Shown here piece after piece: positions 32,356 to 41,808 of a stretch of DNA of 64,000 nt. The notes beneath the pieces were generated by a model. The model made no database searches and had not been told where the DNA came from. It saw only the letters and a list, made by a program, of their open reading frames with translations. The position numbers and the translations under genes are program-made. The first letter of the stretch is position 1; every line of letters starts with the position of its first letter. This DNA comes from Candidatus Bathyarchaeota archaeon (GTDB taxonomy: Archaea; Thermoproteota; Bathyarchaeia; Bathyarchaeales; Bathycorpusculaceae): the NCBI GenBank assembly GCA_963715865.1, contig OY970280.1:160001-224000 (forward strand), written 5' to 3'.

Positions 32356-32868
32356 CTAGATTATGTAACATTTCAAAACTCTTTGGAGGTTCTTGGGAGT
32401 TTCCATTAATTGCCTTAGCATTTTCAGGACCTCAGGTTGAAGTCGGCAAATATCCTGCAGATTTATCAAGCCAATCAAGCGGTTGTCATTGATAACAGGA
32501 AGGTTCTTTATTTTTTTCTCAAACATAATGCGTGCAGCCTCCTCCAAATCCACGCTGGGTCCAATAGTCACCAAAGGGCTTGACATTATTTCCTTCAATT
32601 TTGTCTCCACAGAGTTCTTATCCTCTACAACTATACGTTTCAGGATATCTCTCTCAGTAAGGATTCCTATTGCCTTTCCTTCGGCGGTTACAATTACTGC
32701 ACTCACGCCTTCTTGAGCCATAATTTCTGCAGCTTTCTTAGCGGATACATTCTCGTCAAGAGTAATGACTTCCCTGGTCATAACATCTTCAGCTTTCATG
32801 GGAATTACGAATTTTTCTTCCGCCCCATTTTCAGATTCATCCTCAGACACGAAATCACCATGACTCAA
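32356..32868 (-). CDS. Stand-alone CBS-pair protein
   Basis: AEDVMTR, GILTERD, IKNLPV. Confidence 0.9.
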   Translation of the reverse strand: MSHGDFVSEDESENGAEEKFVIPMKAEDVMTREVITLDENVSAKKAAEIMAQEGVSAVIVTAEGKAIGILTERDILKRIVVEDKNSVETKLKEIMSSPLVTIGPSVDLEEAARIMFEKKIKNLPVINDNRLIGLINLQDICRLQPEVLKMLRQLMETPKNLQRVLKCYII

Positions 32869-32980
32869 GCTGTTGACGGTTCTAGAATAAAAAACATCTC
32901 ATGTTATCGCTTCTTTTTTAGTCCTCGCTTCCCTTATCAAACTCACAACATCCCCGCACGTGGGCTAGTAATTTTTCCTT

Positions 32981-33030
32981 ATCGAACCCTCAGTCAGGTG
33001 GAGATGTCACCCGCAACTCCTCCTTTTTTT
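32981..33030. repeat. Dispersed ~48 bp repeat, copy 2
   Basis: atcgaaccctcagtcaggtggagatgtcacccgcaactcctccttttttt. Confidence 0.8.
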
Positions 33031-33327
33031 GATGATTTGGTGTGTCTTGAAGAGCATGCACACAATTACTAATTGCTTTTTTCCACCAAGAGTTTAATCG
33101 CTGTTGAAATCACAAAGAATCAATCTATTGAGGCCTAACTTGTCTGCAAGTATTGGAATACCTGTGCCTCTAAGTATGTCCCCTTTTGAAACAACTCGGA
33201 AAAAGATCGATAGATATGGCGCGAATTAGGGAAAATGCTCGATCACAGGCTTGGAAAATCAGCATTCCTTTGATGTGAATAACATATAAATAAAATCACA
33301 ACATGTTATTATTGGGGGTATTCTATC

Positions 33328-34842
33328 TTGCAGTCCAATCGGTTAATAGCCTACAACATCTTGGAGAAGAACATAATTAGGAATGGTTTTTGCACAGGTT
33401 GCGGAGCATGTGAAGCTGCCTGTCCAATGTCTGCTTTACATGTCGAAGATGAACAAGTAAAGCGACTTTACGATTGTTCAGAGAGCTTGGATCTCTGCAC
33501 GGTATGTTACGAAATCTGTCCACACTCAGAATTTTTGTTGCTGAGAAGCCTAGAAGCCGTTTCTGAAGCTCCTCTAAGAAGCGAAGCGTTAGGCTATTTT
33601 AGAAAAATCTTGCTTGCACAATCAAATGATCCAAAGATCAGGGAAAAGAGCCATGACGGTGCCGTTGTCACATCATTGCTCATGTTCGGATTAAATAACA
33701 AAATGTTTGATAGCGCGATAGTTTCTCCAACAGAGGATGCAAATCCTCTTAAACCCATACCTTCTGTCGTTTCGGTACCAGACGACATCTTCTCTTCAAT
33801 AGGCAGCAAGTTCTTTCCATCAGCCGTCGTTAAGGCTTATGGAGATGCGGTGCTTAGATTTGGGAAGAAAGAGATCGCTACGGTTGGAGTCCCATGCCAT
33901 ATTCTCGGTCTTCGCAAAATAGATGCATGGAAACACAAAATTAGCGGAAAATCAAAAATATCTATCGGGCTTTTCTGCTTCGGAACCTTTTCGTCGACCG
34001 GACTGTTTAGATATTTGACAGAAACTTACAAGGTGGCTCCTTCAGAAATCAGAAAAATGTACCTTTCTCACGATTTTATGGTGGAAACAGAGAAAGGCGT
34101 TATTGAAATCCCATTGTCAAGAATAATGCAGTATGTTCTGCCTAGTTGTAGAACATGCATTGATTTAACTTCCGAAGTCGCGGATATATCTATTGGGAGT
34201 GCATATCCGCTGAAGGACTGGTCTGTCGTGATAATTCGCACCAAATCGGGGGAGGACTTCTTTTTCGATGCCGTAGAAAAAGGCGTGATCAACACCAGGA
34301 GTATTGAACAGGAGCCGAAGGTATTCGAACGTGTCATCATAGCTGCGCTCAATAAGAGAACCGCGGGATTCGTGGAGGCGAGCAAGCTAGAAGAAGCCAA
34401 CAGTTTTACTCCGGTACGATTGCTGAGGGAGACAGACGAACTTGCTGGTGTAAAAGTGGAAGATATAATGACAAGGAGAATTAGGACGGTGCCAAGTGAC
34501 ATGACTGTCAGTCAACTCTTGGATTTAATGGCAGCTGAGACACATATCGGCTATCCAGTTGTCAATGAAAATGGTGAACTATCAGGCATAGTAACAATCG
34601 AGGAAGCGTCTAAAGTAGACAAAACTAACAGGTGGAAGACCTCCGTCGGAAGCATTGCGAGGCAGAATGTGGATGTTTGCTTTCCGGGAGAAACAGCATT
34701 GGATGCCTTCAAGAAAATGACCGCTCAAGAAACTGGAAGAGTGCTTGTTTTGGATCCTGCGGACCCGAAACAATTGATTGGAATAATTAGCAAGAGAGAC
34801 CTGATGCATGTATTGATAGAGCGAGCATGCAAAAAACGCTGA
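33328..34842 (+). CDS. FrhB/FdhB-family protein with N-terminal 2x[4Fe-4S] ferredoxin and C-terminal CBS pair
   Basis: CTGCGACEAACP, CTVCYEICP, DGAVVTSLL, VGVPCH, IGLFC, CRTCID..ADISIGS; CBS: VEDIMTR, GIVT, GIISKRD. Confidence 0.88.
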   Translation: MQSNRLIAYNILEKNIIRNGFCTGCGACEAACPMSALHVEDEQVKRLYDCSESLDLCTVCYEICPHSEFLLLRSLEAVSEAPLRSEALGYFRKILLAQSNDPKIREKSHDGAVVTSLLMFGLNNKMFDSAIVSPTEDANPLKPIPSVVSVPDDIFSSIGSKFFPSAVVKAYGDAVLRFGKKEIATVGVPCHILGLRKIDAWKHKISGKSKISIGLFCFGTFSSTGLFRYLTETYKVAPSEIRKMYLSHDFMVETEKGVIEIPLSRIMQYVLPSCRTCIDLTSEVADISIGSAYPLKDWSVVIIRTKSGEDFFFDAVEKGVINTRSIEQEPKVFERVIIAALNKRTAGFVEASKLEEANSFTPVRLLRETDELAGVKVEDIMTRRIRTVPSDMTVSQLLDLMAAETHIGYPVVNENGELSGIVTIEEASKVDKTNRWKTSVGSIARQNVDVCFPGETALDAFKKMTAQETGRVLVLDPADPKQLIGIISKRDLMHVLIERACKKR

Positions 34843-35068
34843 GATAACGCCCGGGGAATATAAGTAGCATAGAACACAAGTTTGTCAGTCATTTTTCATT
34901 TGATAAAACCAATCACAGCGATAGAATAAGGAACAATTCTTTCTTGCTATTCTATCGATAGTGCTGTAAATTTGCGATTTCAATGGGAACAAAACCTTTA
35001 GAAAACGCAAATGACAACTGCCACGAAAATTTCTTTGAGTACTTGGGTGTTGAGTTGGTGATGTTGAA

Positions 35069-35131
35069 GTGGACCAGAGGGGATTTGAACCCTCACCACA
35101 GTGGAGATGCACCCGCAAACCCCTCTTTTTT
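35069..35131. repeat. Dispersed repeat copy 3, fused to the reverse complement of a tRNA-Ala-like 3' end
   Basis: gtggaccagaggggatttgaaccctc; reverse complement gagggttcaaatcccctctggtccac (T arm plus acceptor strand); then ggagatgcacccgcaaacccctctttttt. Confidence 0.8.
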
Positions 35132-35274
35132 CTTTTTTAATAGTTACTGAAAAAGAGCAAAAAGAGATAATGAAATGGCCTACTTTAGATTTATGCTATC
35201 ATTGGACGCTGCAAACGTGCCGGTCTCGTTAAAAAAATGTTAAATATTTTGACGAGAAAGAGAATGTGTTGATT

Positions 35275-35643
35275 ATGCCCTGCAGAAATAAACATGAAGA
35301 GTTTGGTAGATTCCTAGCTAAAAAGGGCGTTCTTCTTCCTGATGGACGATATGGCTAAGTTCACACCTTCATGGATCGAGGTACTGAAACGTTTGGTGGG
35401 AAGCATCGCGAGTATGACCCATATCACAAAGAAAAAGGGCTACGGCAATGGCTTAATGGGAAGTACAATGTCATTGGGCAAGACCTTGCAACAGATTGGT
35501 TACGTGCGGGTCTTGGACATATTTGCCTTGACGAAGTCGAAAGTTATCTGAAAAAGAGCTATTCGTGGGAAGAGGTGTTCGATTCTGCCTATCGATCAAT
35601 GGCTCAAAGAAGGTGGAAGAAGAAACACTTCGTGCCGAAGTAA
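35275..35643 (+). pseudogene. Small His-rich hypothetical protein with in-frame TAA at 35356..35358
   Basis: MPCRNKHEEF...YG*VHTFMDRG...KHREYDPYH, same frame. Confidence 0.55.
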
Positions 35644-36400
35644 ATAAGCGCATGAGAAAAGTACGAGGAATACGAGAAGAACAAAAGAGATAACGAGAAA
35701 GAGAAGCGGCATGCTCATGTTAACTCGTATTCTTTGCGCGCATTTTCCATAACCCTTCTAAAAGCGGCGATCCTGCTCGCGTATGCTTCAATCACATACG
35801 CACCGGGTCTATTATTCAATCCTGTTCACCTCGATGGGGCTCAATTTTCACTCGCCGACAAAGGGTACTCATGTCCTCTTAAGGGCAGGCTCCATTAACG
35901 CTTTGTTAAGAGCAACTTAACTAATTGTTAAGAAAAAGGTATAGGGCGGTAGGTACTTTTTTTACGGCGGGCTTCCCGGGAACCGGCGATACATAGCCCG
36001 TCTGACAAATTTGACAAAGTTCCCAAAATTCCGCCTACTGCAGCATAAAAACCGATCCAATACCCAAAAACAGCCATAGCTGCAATTCCTTTGAATACTG
36101 CAGGTAAACCGCTTGCAGCGTAAAATGATCGACCAAAAAATAAGCCTGCGAAGATGCCAGTTAAGATGGTACTAAGAACGCCTCCAAATAAACTGTGGCG
36201 AACCTCGCGCGCTTATGCAACAGGCTGGCGTGCTCAGCGTTAGATATCACTAAACACACTGTCAACATGCTTTAATGTTTTTTCTGACAACAAGAGCGAT
36301 TATGACTTTCCGTTTCGATATTTCGCGACATTACCATTATGGCGGAGTTGGCTTTAATAGGTTCCTTTCGCATCTGCGATGTACTCAAGAGGTCTCTTAA

Positions 36401-37042
36401 ACGTTCGCAATTGGCCACTTTGCCTTGGGATACATAACGGGAAAAGGCTCTTCAAAACTTGCCAAAGTCAAAGTGAACCTGCCGCTACTGTTTGCAGCTT
36501 CAGTTCTTCCAGACGTTGATCTGCTAATGCGTTTCCTTATGCACCGGGGACCTACACACTCATTAATCACTATAACCGTGCTAATGATTCCGTTTTTTAT
36601 CGTTTATCGCAAACAAGCCATCCCGTATTACGCGGCTTTGCTTTCTCACATTCTCATAGGCGATTTTTTCACCGGAGGAGTCCAGCTGTTCTGGCCTCTG
36701 TCTCAAGCCCGGTTCGGAGCTCTAAACATTGACGTAACTAGCCTAACTAACGTCATTGCGGAGCTTGTCCTTTTCTTTTTAACGTTGCCGATCATGTACA
36801 AGCTGGGCGATCTGCAGACTCTTTTGAAGCCGCACAACAAGAACTGGGTTCTAATAATCCCGTTAGGCGCGGTTCTCGGACCTTTGCTCGCGGTTGGTCG
36901 AGGCCAAGAATCTACTCTTCCAACCCTACTTGCGGTTCCAAGCCTGTTCTATATAGGTCTGTTTGCTTATTCCATGTTTGTTGAACTTAGAGCTGAGCAC
37001 AATCAGGACGCAGACAAGCTACAACCTAGCAATACCTCTTAA
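36401..37042 (+). CDS. Membrane metal-dependent hydrolase (YdjM-like); start codon appears to be ACG or mutated
   Basis: In-frame (acg)FAIGHFALGY, LPDVD, HRGPTHS, SHILIGD. Confidence 0.8.
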   Translation, partial: TFAIGHFALGYITGKGSSKLAKVKVNLPLLFAASVLPDVDLLMRFLMHRGPTHSLITITVLMIPFFIVYRKQAIPYYAALLSHILIGDFFTGGVQLFWPLSQARFGALNIDVTSLTNVIAELVLFFLTLPIMYKLGDLQTLLKPHNKNWVLIIPLGAVLGPLLAVGRGQESTLPTLLAVPSLFYIGLFAYSMFVELRAEHNQDADKLQPSNTS

Positions 37043-37082
37043 TGCGTATTCCCCAGTTTTGCAACTCCAGACGGCTATTGTA

Positions 37083-37115
37083 GTTTTCGACATAATCCAA
37101 GAACTCTTCTTTCAT
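37083..37115 (-). pseudogene. Stub of a HEPN/DUF86 toxin gene
   Basis: ATGA overlap with the MNT stop; MKEEFLDYVE resembles DUF86 N-termini, then similarity is lost. Confidence 0.55.
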
Positions 37116-37420
37116 ATTTGTACAACTTCTTCCAAGACATGCTTTCCAATTCTTGGTTTAAGAGTATGTTTTTCCACTAAATCTACCTTGGTTCCCAAAA
37201 CATCACTCAGGTAATTTTCCACTCTGATGAAATCAAGCAGGCTTAAGTTTGCTGTTTCTTCAAACTCCACCAAGATGTCAAGGTCACTTTGTTTTTTCTG
37301 TTCGCCTCTAACGTAGGAACCAAAAACGCCTATTTCTTTAACTTTGTATTTTTTACTCAACTCATCCCTGTGCTTGGCTATAGCGTTTTTTATCTCATCT
37401 AAAGTTTTCATGTTGCTCAC
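37112..37420 (-). CDS. Minimal nucleotidyltransferase (MNT antitoxin)
   Basis: IGVFGSYVRGEQKKQSDLDILVEF, KVDLV. Confidence 0.92.
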   Translation of the reverse strand: MSNMKTLDEIKNAIAKHRDELSKKYKVKEIGVFGSYVRGEQKKQSDLDILVEFEETANLSLLDFIRVENYLSDVLGTKVDLVEKHTLKPRIGKHVLEEVVQI

Positions 37421-37475
37421 TTCTAAATTGGCAGTTTAAAAGTTAAGCTTTGTCATTTAAGGTTCTGAAAGATTT

Positions 37476-37501
37476 TGGTGGGGTGGCCGAGATTTAAACC
37501 C
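37476..37501 (-). other. tRNA 3'-end remnant (att-like; Pro/Trp-like acceptor, identity uncertain)
   Basis: Minus strand gggtttaaatctcggccaccccacca: T loop, T stem, acceptor strand, CCA; no 5' half nearby. Confidence 0.6.
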
Positions 37502-37588
37502 AAACGGGTTCAAGCCGCGTTTTCAGAAAAGCGAATTTCCCTTCTAAATTATATACAGAAGGAGGTATGGCAGAAACCGCGGAACTGG

Positions 37589-37623
37589 AGATCCTTGAAC
37601 CCAAAAGGGTTCAAAACCTTATT
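37589..37623. repeat. 35 bp exact inverted copy of 59231..59265 with an internal hairpin
   Basis: agatccttgaacccaaaagggttcaaaaccttatt; arms ttgaaccc/gggttcaa. Confidence 0.9.
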
Positions 37624-38275
37624 CAAATGAAAAGGATAATCTTCTCGTCTCAAATAGGAGCGGGCGGAAAAGAAGACTGACAACTCTGCTAATAAAATGT
37701 TAAGAATTATCCTCCAAAAGCGGGTCCGATGGGATGCGCTTAAAGTATTAAGCGAATCCTAAACGCATCCAATTTTGAGATACATCGAACGGTTATTCTG
37801 TGCCACCAACTCAGATTAAAATTTGGTTTTCGTGGTCCTCGTTTATGTGCCATGCTATAATGCCGCACTCCGCAACTTTTGGATGAAGGGGGCGAACAAG
37901 AGAAGGAGCTTAAGAGCAAGTGCTCGCCTAAATTTCAGCGCAGAAGATATAGCATCGCACTTAAAAAACTACAGATAATACAATTTTGATGTTGAGAGAT
38001 ATTTTTTTAGAAACCGACTTTGTACCATCCTTCGCTGACTCGTAGAAGAAAGTGAGGTGCATATGAAAGTTCCAACGTGAGCTTCAGAGAATTGATCAAG
38101 AAGCAATGAAAGAAAAGAGGTCGCGAAGTGAAGGGATAGAACTTCATTTTGGGACCATTTTTCTTTAACACAGTGAATCCGATTGAACTAAGCAGAGGAA
38201 ATTAGATTCTCAATAATTGTAGCCAACCAGCAAAGACGACCGCAATTGATCCATTAGAAAATAGAGATCCAAGGA

Positions 38276-38773
38276 TTATTTGGGAACTGTATATAACTTG
38301 TTTCGAGCCATCATTATAGTCTTGCTTGCTCTCTTTTCCCATGAAGACACAAGAATTAACCTTATTACATAAGCTGTAAAAGTAGCGGAAATAACAAAGG
38401 TAATTAAACTATTACCTAAAACAACTGAATTATAATAGAACACAAAAAAAGAGCAAACGAGAAATACTGCCAAACCCAAAAACAAGGCATAGTACATTTT
38501 CCTTAATCCAAGTCCTTTGAATTCAATCTTTTCTGCCAATATTCTTAGTTGTTGTTTAGTATACCAATATCCACCAATTAATCCAAATGTCAAGCCTAAA
38601 AACATACCCAAAACAGACATTTGTATTAAAAATGGGTTAATAGCATTAAATATCGGAATATCAATAAGCAGAAATGCCGTCCCTAAAAAGATTAGGGAAA
38701 TTAGGATTAAGCCGATAAGAGTTGCATCAAACAGTCTTATCGCCACTGTAATCCATCTCCTAAGAAGGCGCAA
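38276..38773 (-). CDS. Hypothetical four-TM membrane protein
   Basis: 165 aa hydrophobic ORF overlapping the upstream gene. Confidence 0.65.
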   Translation of the reverse strand: MRLLRRWITVAIRLFDATLIGLILISLIFLGTAFLLIDIPIFNAINPFLIQMSVLGMFLGLTFGLIGGYWYTKQQLRILAEKIEFKGLGLRKMYYALFLGLAVFLVCSFFVFYYNSVVLGNSLITFVISATFTAYVIRLILVSSWEKRASKTIMMARNKLYTVPK

Positions 38774-39698
38774 TATGCTCTATGAGCGTCATGTCCATAT
38801 TCGTACTCATTCCGTAGTTCAGTGTTGCCGATTGCATCGAAACCGTTTCTTGCATGCTTGATTTTATCTGCCGCATTGTTCCATATTCAATGTACATTTG
38901 GGAGTTCATATCTAAGCTAATTGTGATATTGGCTGGTGTAAAGTTGCTTAAGCTGCCCATTGGCGAGTTGTAGTTCATCTTTAGATTGTTACTAGTTATG
39001 TCGATTCTAAATACCTTGAATGTTCCTGCGGGAACCGTAAGGTCTTGTATGCCTTTGAAGGTCATCGTTAAGTCTCCGGTTATCCCAATGCTTGAATTGC
39101 CACTGGGAAAGGGAACCTCAACTGAGTCTCCAACTTTGACCTCTGGCTTGCTTAATAGTTGTGCAAGATAAGAGGTACTTGTAACGCCATCGTTAGGTAT
39201 CTCTTGTTGTGTACTTCCAAGGTTAAGCAGATACGCTGAATACCCTGTCTTATTCATCTTTTCAGTTAATGAGATGCTTAACGGTTTGCTGTTCGTGCTC
39301 AAAGTCATTGTGTGGTTTAAAGTATAGTATTCACCGTCGAAACCAGTTACTTCGATTGTTTGCTGCATGTTTATACTTGTATTATTTGGAAATTGAGAAG
39401 TTATCCCTGTTGGCAAAGCCGAATTACCATATTGAAAAGAACTGGTCATTGTAGCATCATAAACCATCTTCTCTCCAACGGTATAGTTGACGTTAAGTGG
39501 TATTGAAGCGGCTCCCTGCGGAATCAGCAGAGTGACCGCAAGTATCAAAATTGCAATAATTGCAAATATCATAAAGTAGATTTTTCTTCCAGATAATCGA
39601 CGTTTCGGAGCCGATGATGTCTTTTCCTGTCCTATTGATGAAGGTGATTCCCAAGAACCTTCAGACAATTTAACTTTGAAGTTTTTCATATCACTCAC
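38760..39698 (-). CDS. Single-pass membrane-anchored Ser/Thr-rich exported protein
   Basis: N-terminal TM, then YTVGEKMVYD and LTVPAGTFKVFRI beta-rich domain. Confidence 0.75.
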   Translation of the reverse strand: MSDMKNFKVKLSEGSWESPSSIGQEKTSSAPKRRLSGRKIYFMIFAIIAILILAVTLLIPQGAASIPLNVNYTVGEKMVYDATMTSSFQYGNSALPTGITSQFPNNTSINMQQTIEVTGFDGEYYTLNHTMTLSTNSKPLSISLTEKMNKTGYSAYLLNLGSTQQEIPNDGVTSTSYLAQLLSKPEVKVGDSVEVPFPSGNSSIGITGDLTMTFKGIQDLTVPAGTFKVFRIDITSNNLKMNYNSPMGSLSNFTPANITISLDMNSQMYIEYGTMRQIKSSMQETVSMQSATLNYGMSTNMDMTLIEHIAPS

Positions 39699-39735
39699 CG
39701 CTAATTCTATAGTAGCCTACAGCTTTTAGCTCTAA

Positions 39736-39766
39736 TCATAGAACACTTTGTTCTACTGATAGAACG
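39736..39766. promoter_or_regulatory. Putative operator, copy 1 (TAGAAC-N5-GTTCTA plus extra TAGAAC)
   Basis: tcatagaacactttgttctactgatagaacg, just upstream of the TATA-like box of 39698(-). Confidence 0.75.
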
Positions 39767-39769
39767 GAC

Positions 39770-40279
39770 TTAAGGTTGTGGTTTTTCCACAGCTATCTTT
39801 TTTTTGCTGCTGTCATTCTGAGTTTTCTTGCGAAGCCACATACCTTCGCTAAGAAACAGCACCATCGCAATGGCGGTAGGTCCCATCAAGTAAAAAAGAT
39901 ACAACCCTGGAGTTTGGCCGTTTTGAAATAATGGAATGACAATTGCTAATACTTCCACGATGAGTATGCCGATGAAAAAGAATGCGTAGAAGATTAGCCT
40001 GGGAACGAGTGTTTTTCCCACCCACAAATGGCCACTGATGTTTATTTTTTCCTTAACTGTATATTCGCCATATTCATTCTTGGCGATTAAACCCAGCGAC
40101 TCCAGTTTTTGAAGATGCCAATAAGCAACGCTTGGGCTACTAAGATTTGCAAGCCGCATGGTTTCACGTGGACCTAGCGGTTTACCTTCCTTCACCATAC
40201 ACGAATATACGTTTAGGGTTGTACCTTCAAGTTCTTCTCCGTTTGTCAATTTATGGCTCCTCTTTGATGAAAGCTTCAA
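39770..40279 (-). CDS. Membrane-tethered winged-HTH transcription regulator
   Basis: LGPRETMRLANLSSPSVAYWHLQKLESLGLI, followed by two C-terminal TM helices. Confidence 0.8.
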   Translation of the reverse strand: MKLSSKRSHKLTNGEELEGTTLNVYSCMVKEGKPLGPRETMRLANLSSPSVAYWHLQKLESLGLIAKNEYGEYTVKEKINISGHLWVGKTLVPRLIFYAFFFIGILIVEVLAIVIPLFQNGQTPGLYLFYLMGPTAIAMVLFLSEGMWLRKKTQNDSSKKKIAVEKPQP

Positions 40280-41453
40280 TACCGTTTGGGGAGAGCTGGA
40301 ATGTTTGGTTGCCTGAGAGAACAGCGTTGTATATGTATCCGTTGGGCGTAATTTGTAGTTGCACTGTGTTCAGCCATGTGGCAGTTGCAAGAGTGTTGTA
40401 ATAAACTCCATTGACTGGCATGTTATTAATGAAACTGGTTATTGATCCATACAGAGATATACTCCCGTTTTCAAGAGAAGCGAGTGTGCTGTTTGTGCCC
40501 TCAGCGTTATTGTAAGACTGCATGCCCGTGAATGCGATAAGTTTAGATTGATGCGGTTCCCAAATGTAGCTAAACCCGGTTCCGCCAGACCATCTAAGTG
40601 TTGGACCGTTGGAGTTATACATGTGCCAATCAGGAAATGAGGTTACTGGACCGATACTGGCATTCATATTCTGGTAGATTGGAGTGCCTGAGGCTAGTAC
40701 TTGGTCTACGAGTGTATTGCTTGCTAGAACCATCGGTTGCGGGGTACCAGGTTGTACTCTGCCTGTTACATCTACCCATGCACCGTTAATGTAAATTTGC
40801 GTCTCGGACATTTTGGTAGGGTCATAAGATTCGCCTATCGGAACGCCCTCTATCCAGGTGCCTTCACTGGTTGCGTTTTCAGGCAAATCAGGAATAGACG
40901 ACAAGGTTCTATGCTGCGGAGTCATTATTTGAAAGACGTTGTCAGGGTAGTTCTTTCCTGGAATCCAGGTTGTGTTTACCCATTTGTTGTCCAGCCATAC
41001 TCCGTCTATAACGCCGCCAAAACTAACGCCTGGATCTTTAGCGTAGCCTCGGTTGAAGGATTCTCCACCTAATGCTGAATTGACTATGTTTATGTTTTGG
41101 GCAGCTGCAAAACCCATCTCATGCATTTTAGCGCTTAAATCCGATAGATTGGTTACATTAGCTATAACCAAGTAAGTGACGTTTGTGAATGGAATAAATT
41201 CGGTAACGTTCATCGACGAGTAGTTGCCAGTTATAGGGTCTTCAACCCATTTTTGTACCGTCTGGTTTTGAGACCACTCAATAACTGTCAAATTAGCGTA
41301 TAAGATATTAATGCTAAAGTCTGCTTTCGGTCCTTCACTGACGTGCGGGTAAGGTTTAACGTCCAAAGGCACTATGAGCATTGGCGCGGCAAATGCTGTT
41401 CCGCTTAACAAGGCTAATACAGCAACGGCGATAAGTTTGTACTTAAAGTCCAT
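40251..41453 (-). CDS. Secreted Asn/Thr-rich protein
   Basis: Signal peptide MDFKYKLIAVAVLALLSGTAFAAP; many NxS/T sequons. Confidence 0.8.
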   Translation of the reverse strand: MDFKYKLIAVAVLALLSGTAFAAPMLIVPLDVKPYPHVSEGPKADFSINILYANLTVIEWSQNQTVQKWVEDPITGNYSSMNVTEFIPFTNVTYLVIANVTNLSDLSAKMHEMGFAAAQNINIVNSALGGESFNRGYAKDPGVSFGGVIDGVWLDNKWVNTTWIPGKNYPDNVFQIMTPQHRTLSSIPDLPENATSEGTWIEGVPIGESYDPTKMSETQIYINGAWVDVTGRVQPGTPQPMVLASNTLVDQVLASGTPIYQNMNASIGPVTSFPDWHMYNSNGPTLRWSGGTGFSYIWEPHQSKLIAFTGMQSYNNAEGTNSTLASLENGSISLYGSITSFINNMPVNGVYYNTLATATWLNTVQLQITPNGYIYNAVLSGNQTFQLSPNGIEAFIKEEP

Positions 41454-41499
41454 ATGTTGTCACTGCAAATATTGTTTTGTTGGTGCTTATTAGCTCTGG

Positions 41500-41530
41500 T
41501 CATAGAACGTTTTGTTCTATAGATAGAACG
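41500..41530. promoter_or_regulatory. Putative operator, copy 2
   Basis: tcatagaacgttttgttctatagatagaacg, same spacing to the TATA-like box of 41453(-). Confidence 0.75.
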
Positions 41531-41808
41531 CTTGATAATTAAAGCAAGAATTGTCAATAATGGAAATTAAAAGGTGCCATGCTAAGGTTCTAACTAATCC
41601 TTTTCTGTTTTACCCCAGCTTTCCCTGGCAAAGGTTGTCATTGCCCCGTGCCAGCCAACATAAGCTTGACCTCTTCAACCTCTGCTAAAGTCTACTTGAG
41701 AAGTTGCTGGTTATACTTCAAACGACCAATCTTATCGCTTTGGCTACGCTTCTTTTTGATGTTTTAAGCGGTTTTTTGACACAAAATGTAACTGGTTCAA
41801 GCCGCAGT

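Noticed and set aside
24756-35358. Stop-codon recoding suggested by in-frame stops (TGA in GH15, TAA at 35356)
   Set aside because: Different codons are involved, and TGA/TAA terminate many intact genes here; nonsense mutations or sequencing errors are simpler
31333-35700. Classical integron attC array
   Set aside because: No RYYYAAC/GTTRRRY-bounded palindromes after the genes, mixed gene orientations, and no integrase in the window
35069-37501. Functional or split tRNA genes
   Set aside because: Only 3' fragments, one with a mutated T loop; no 5' halves or complementary leader sequences seen
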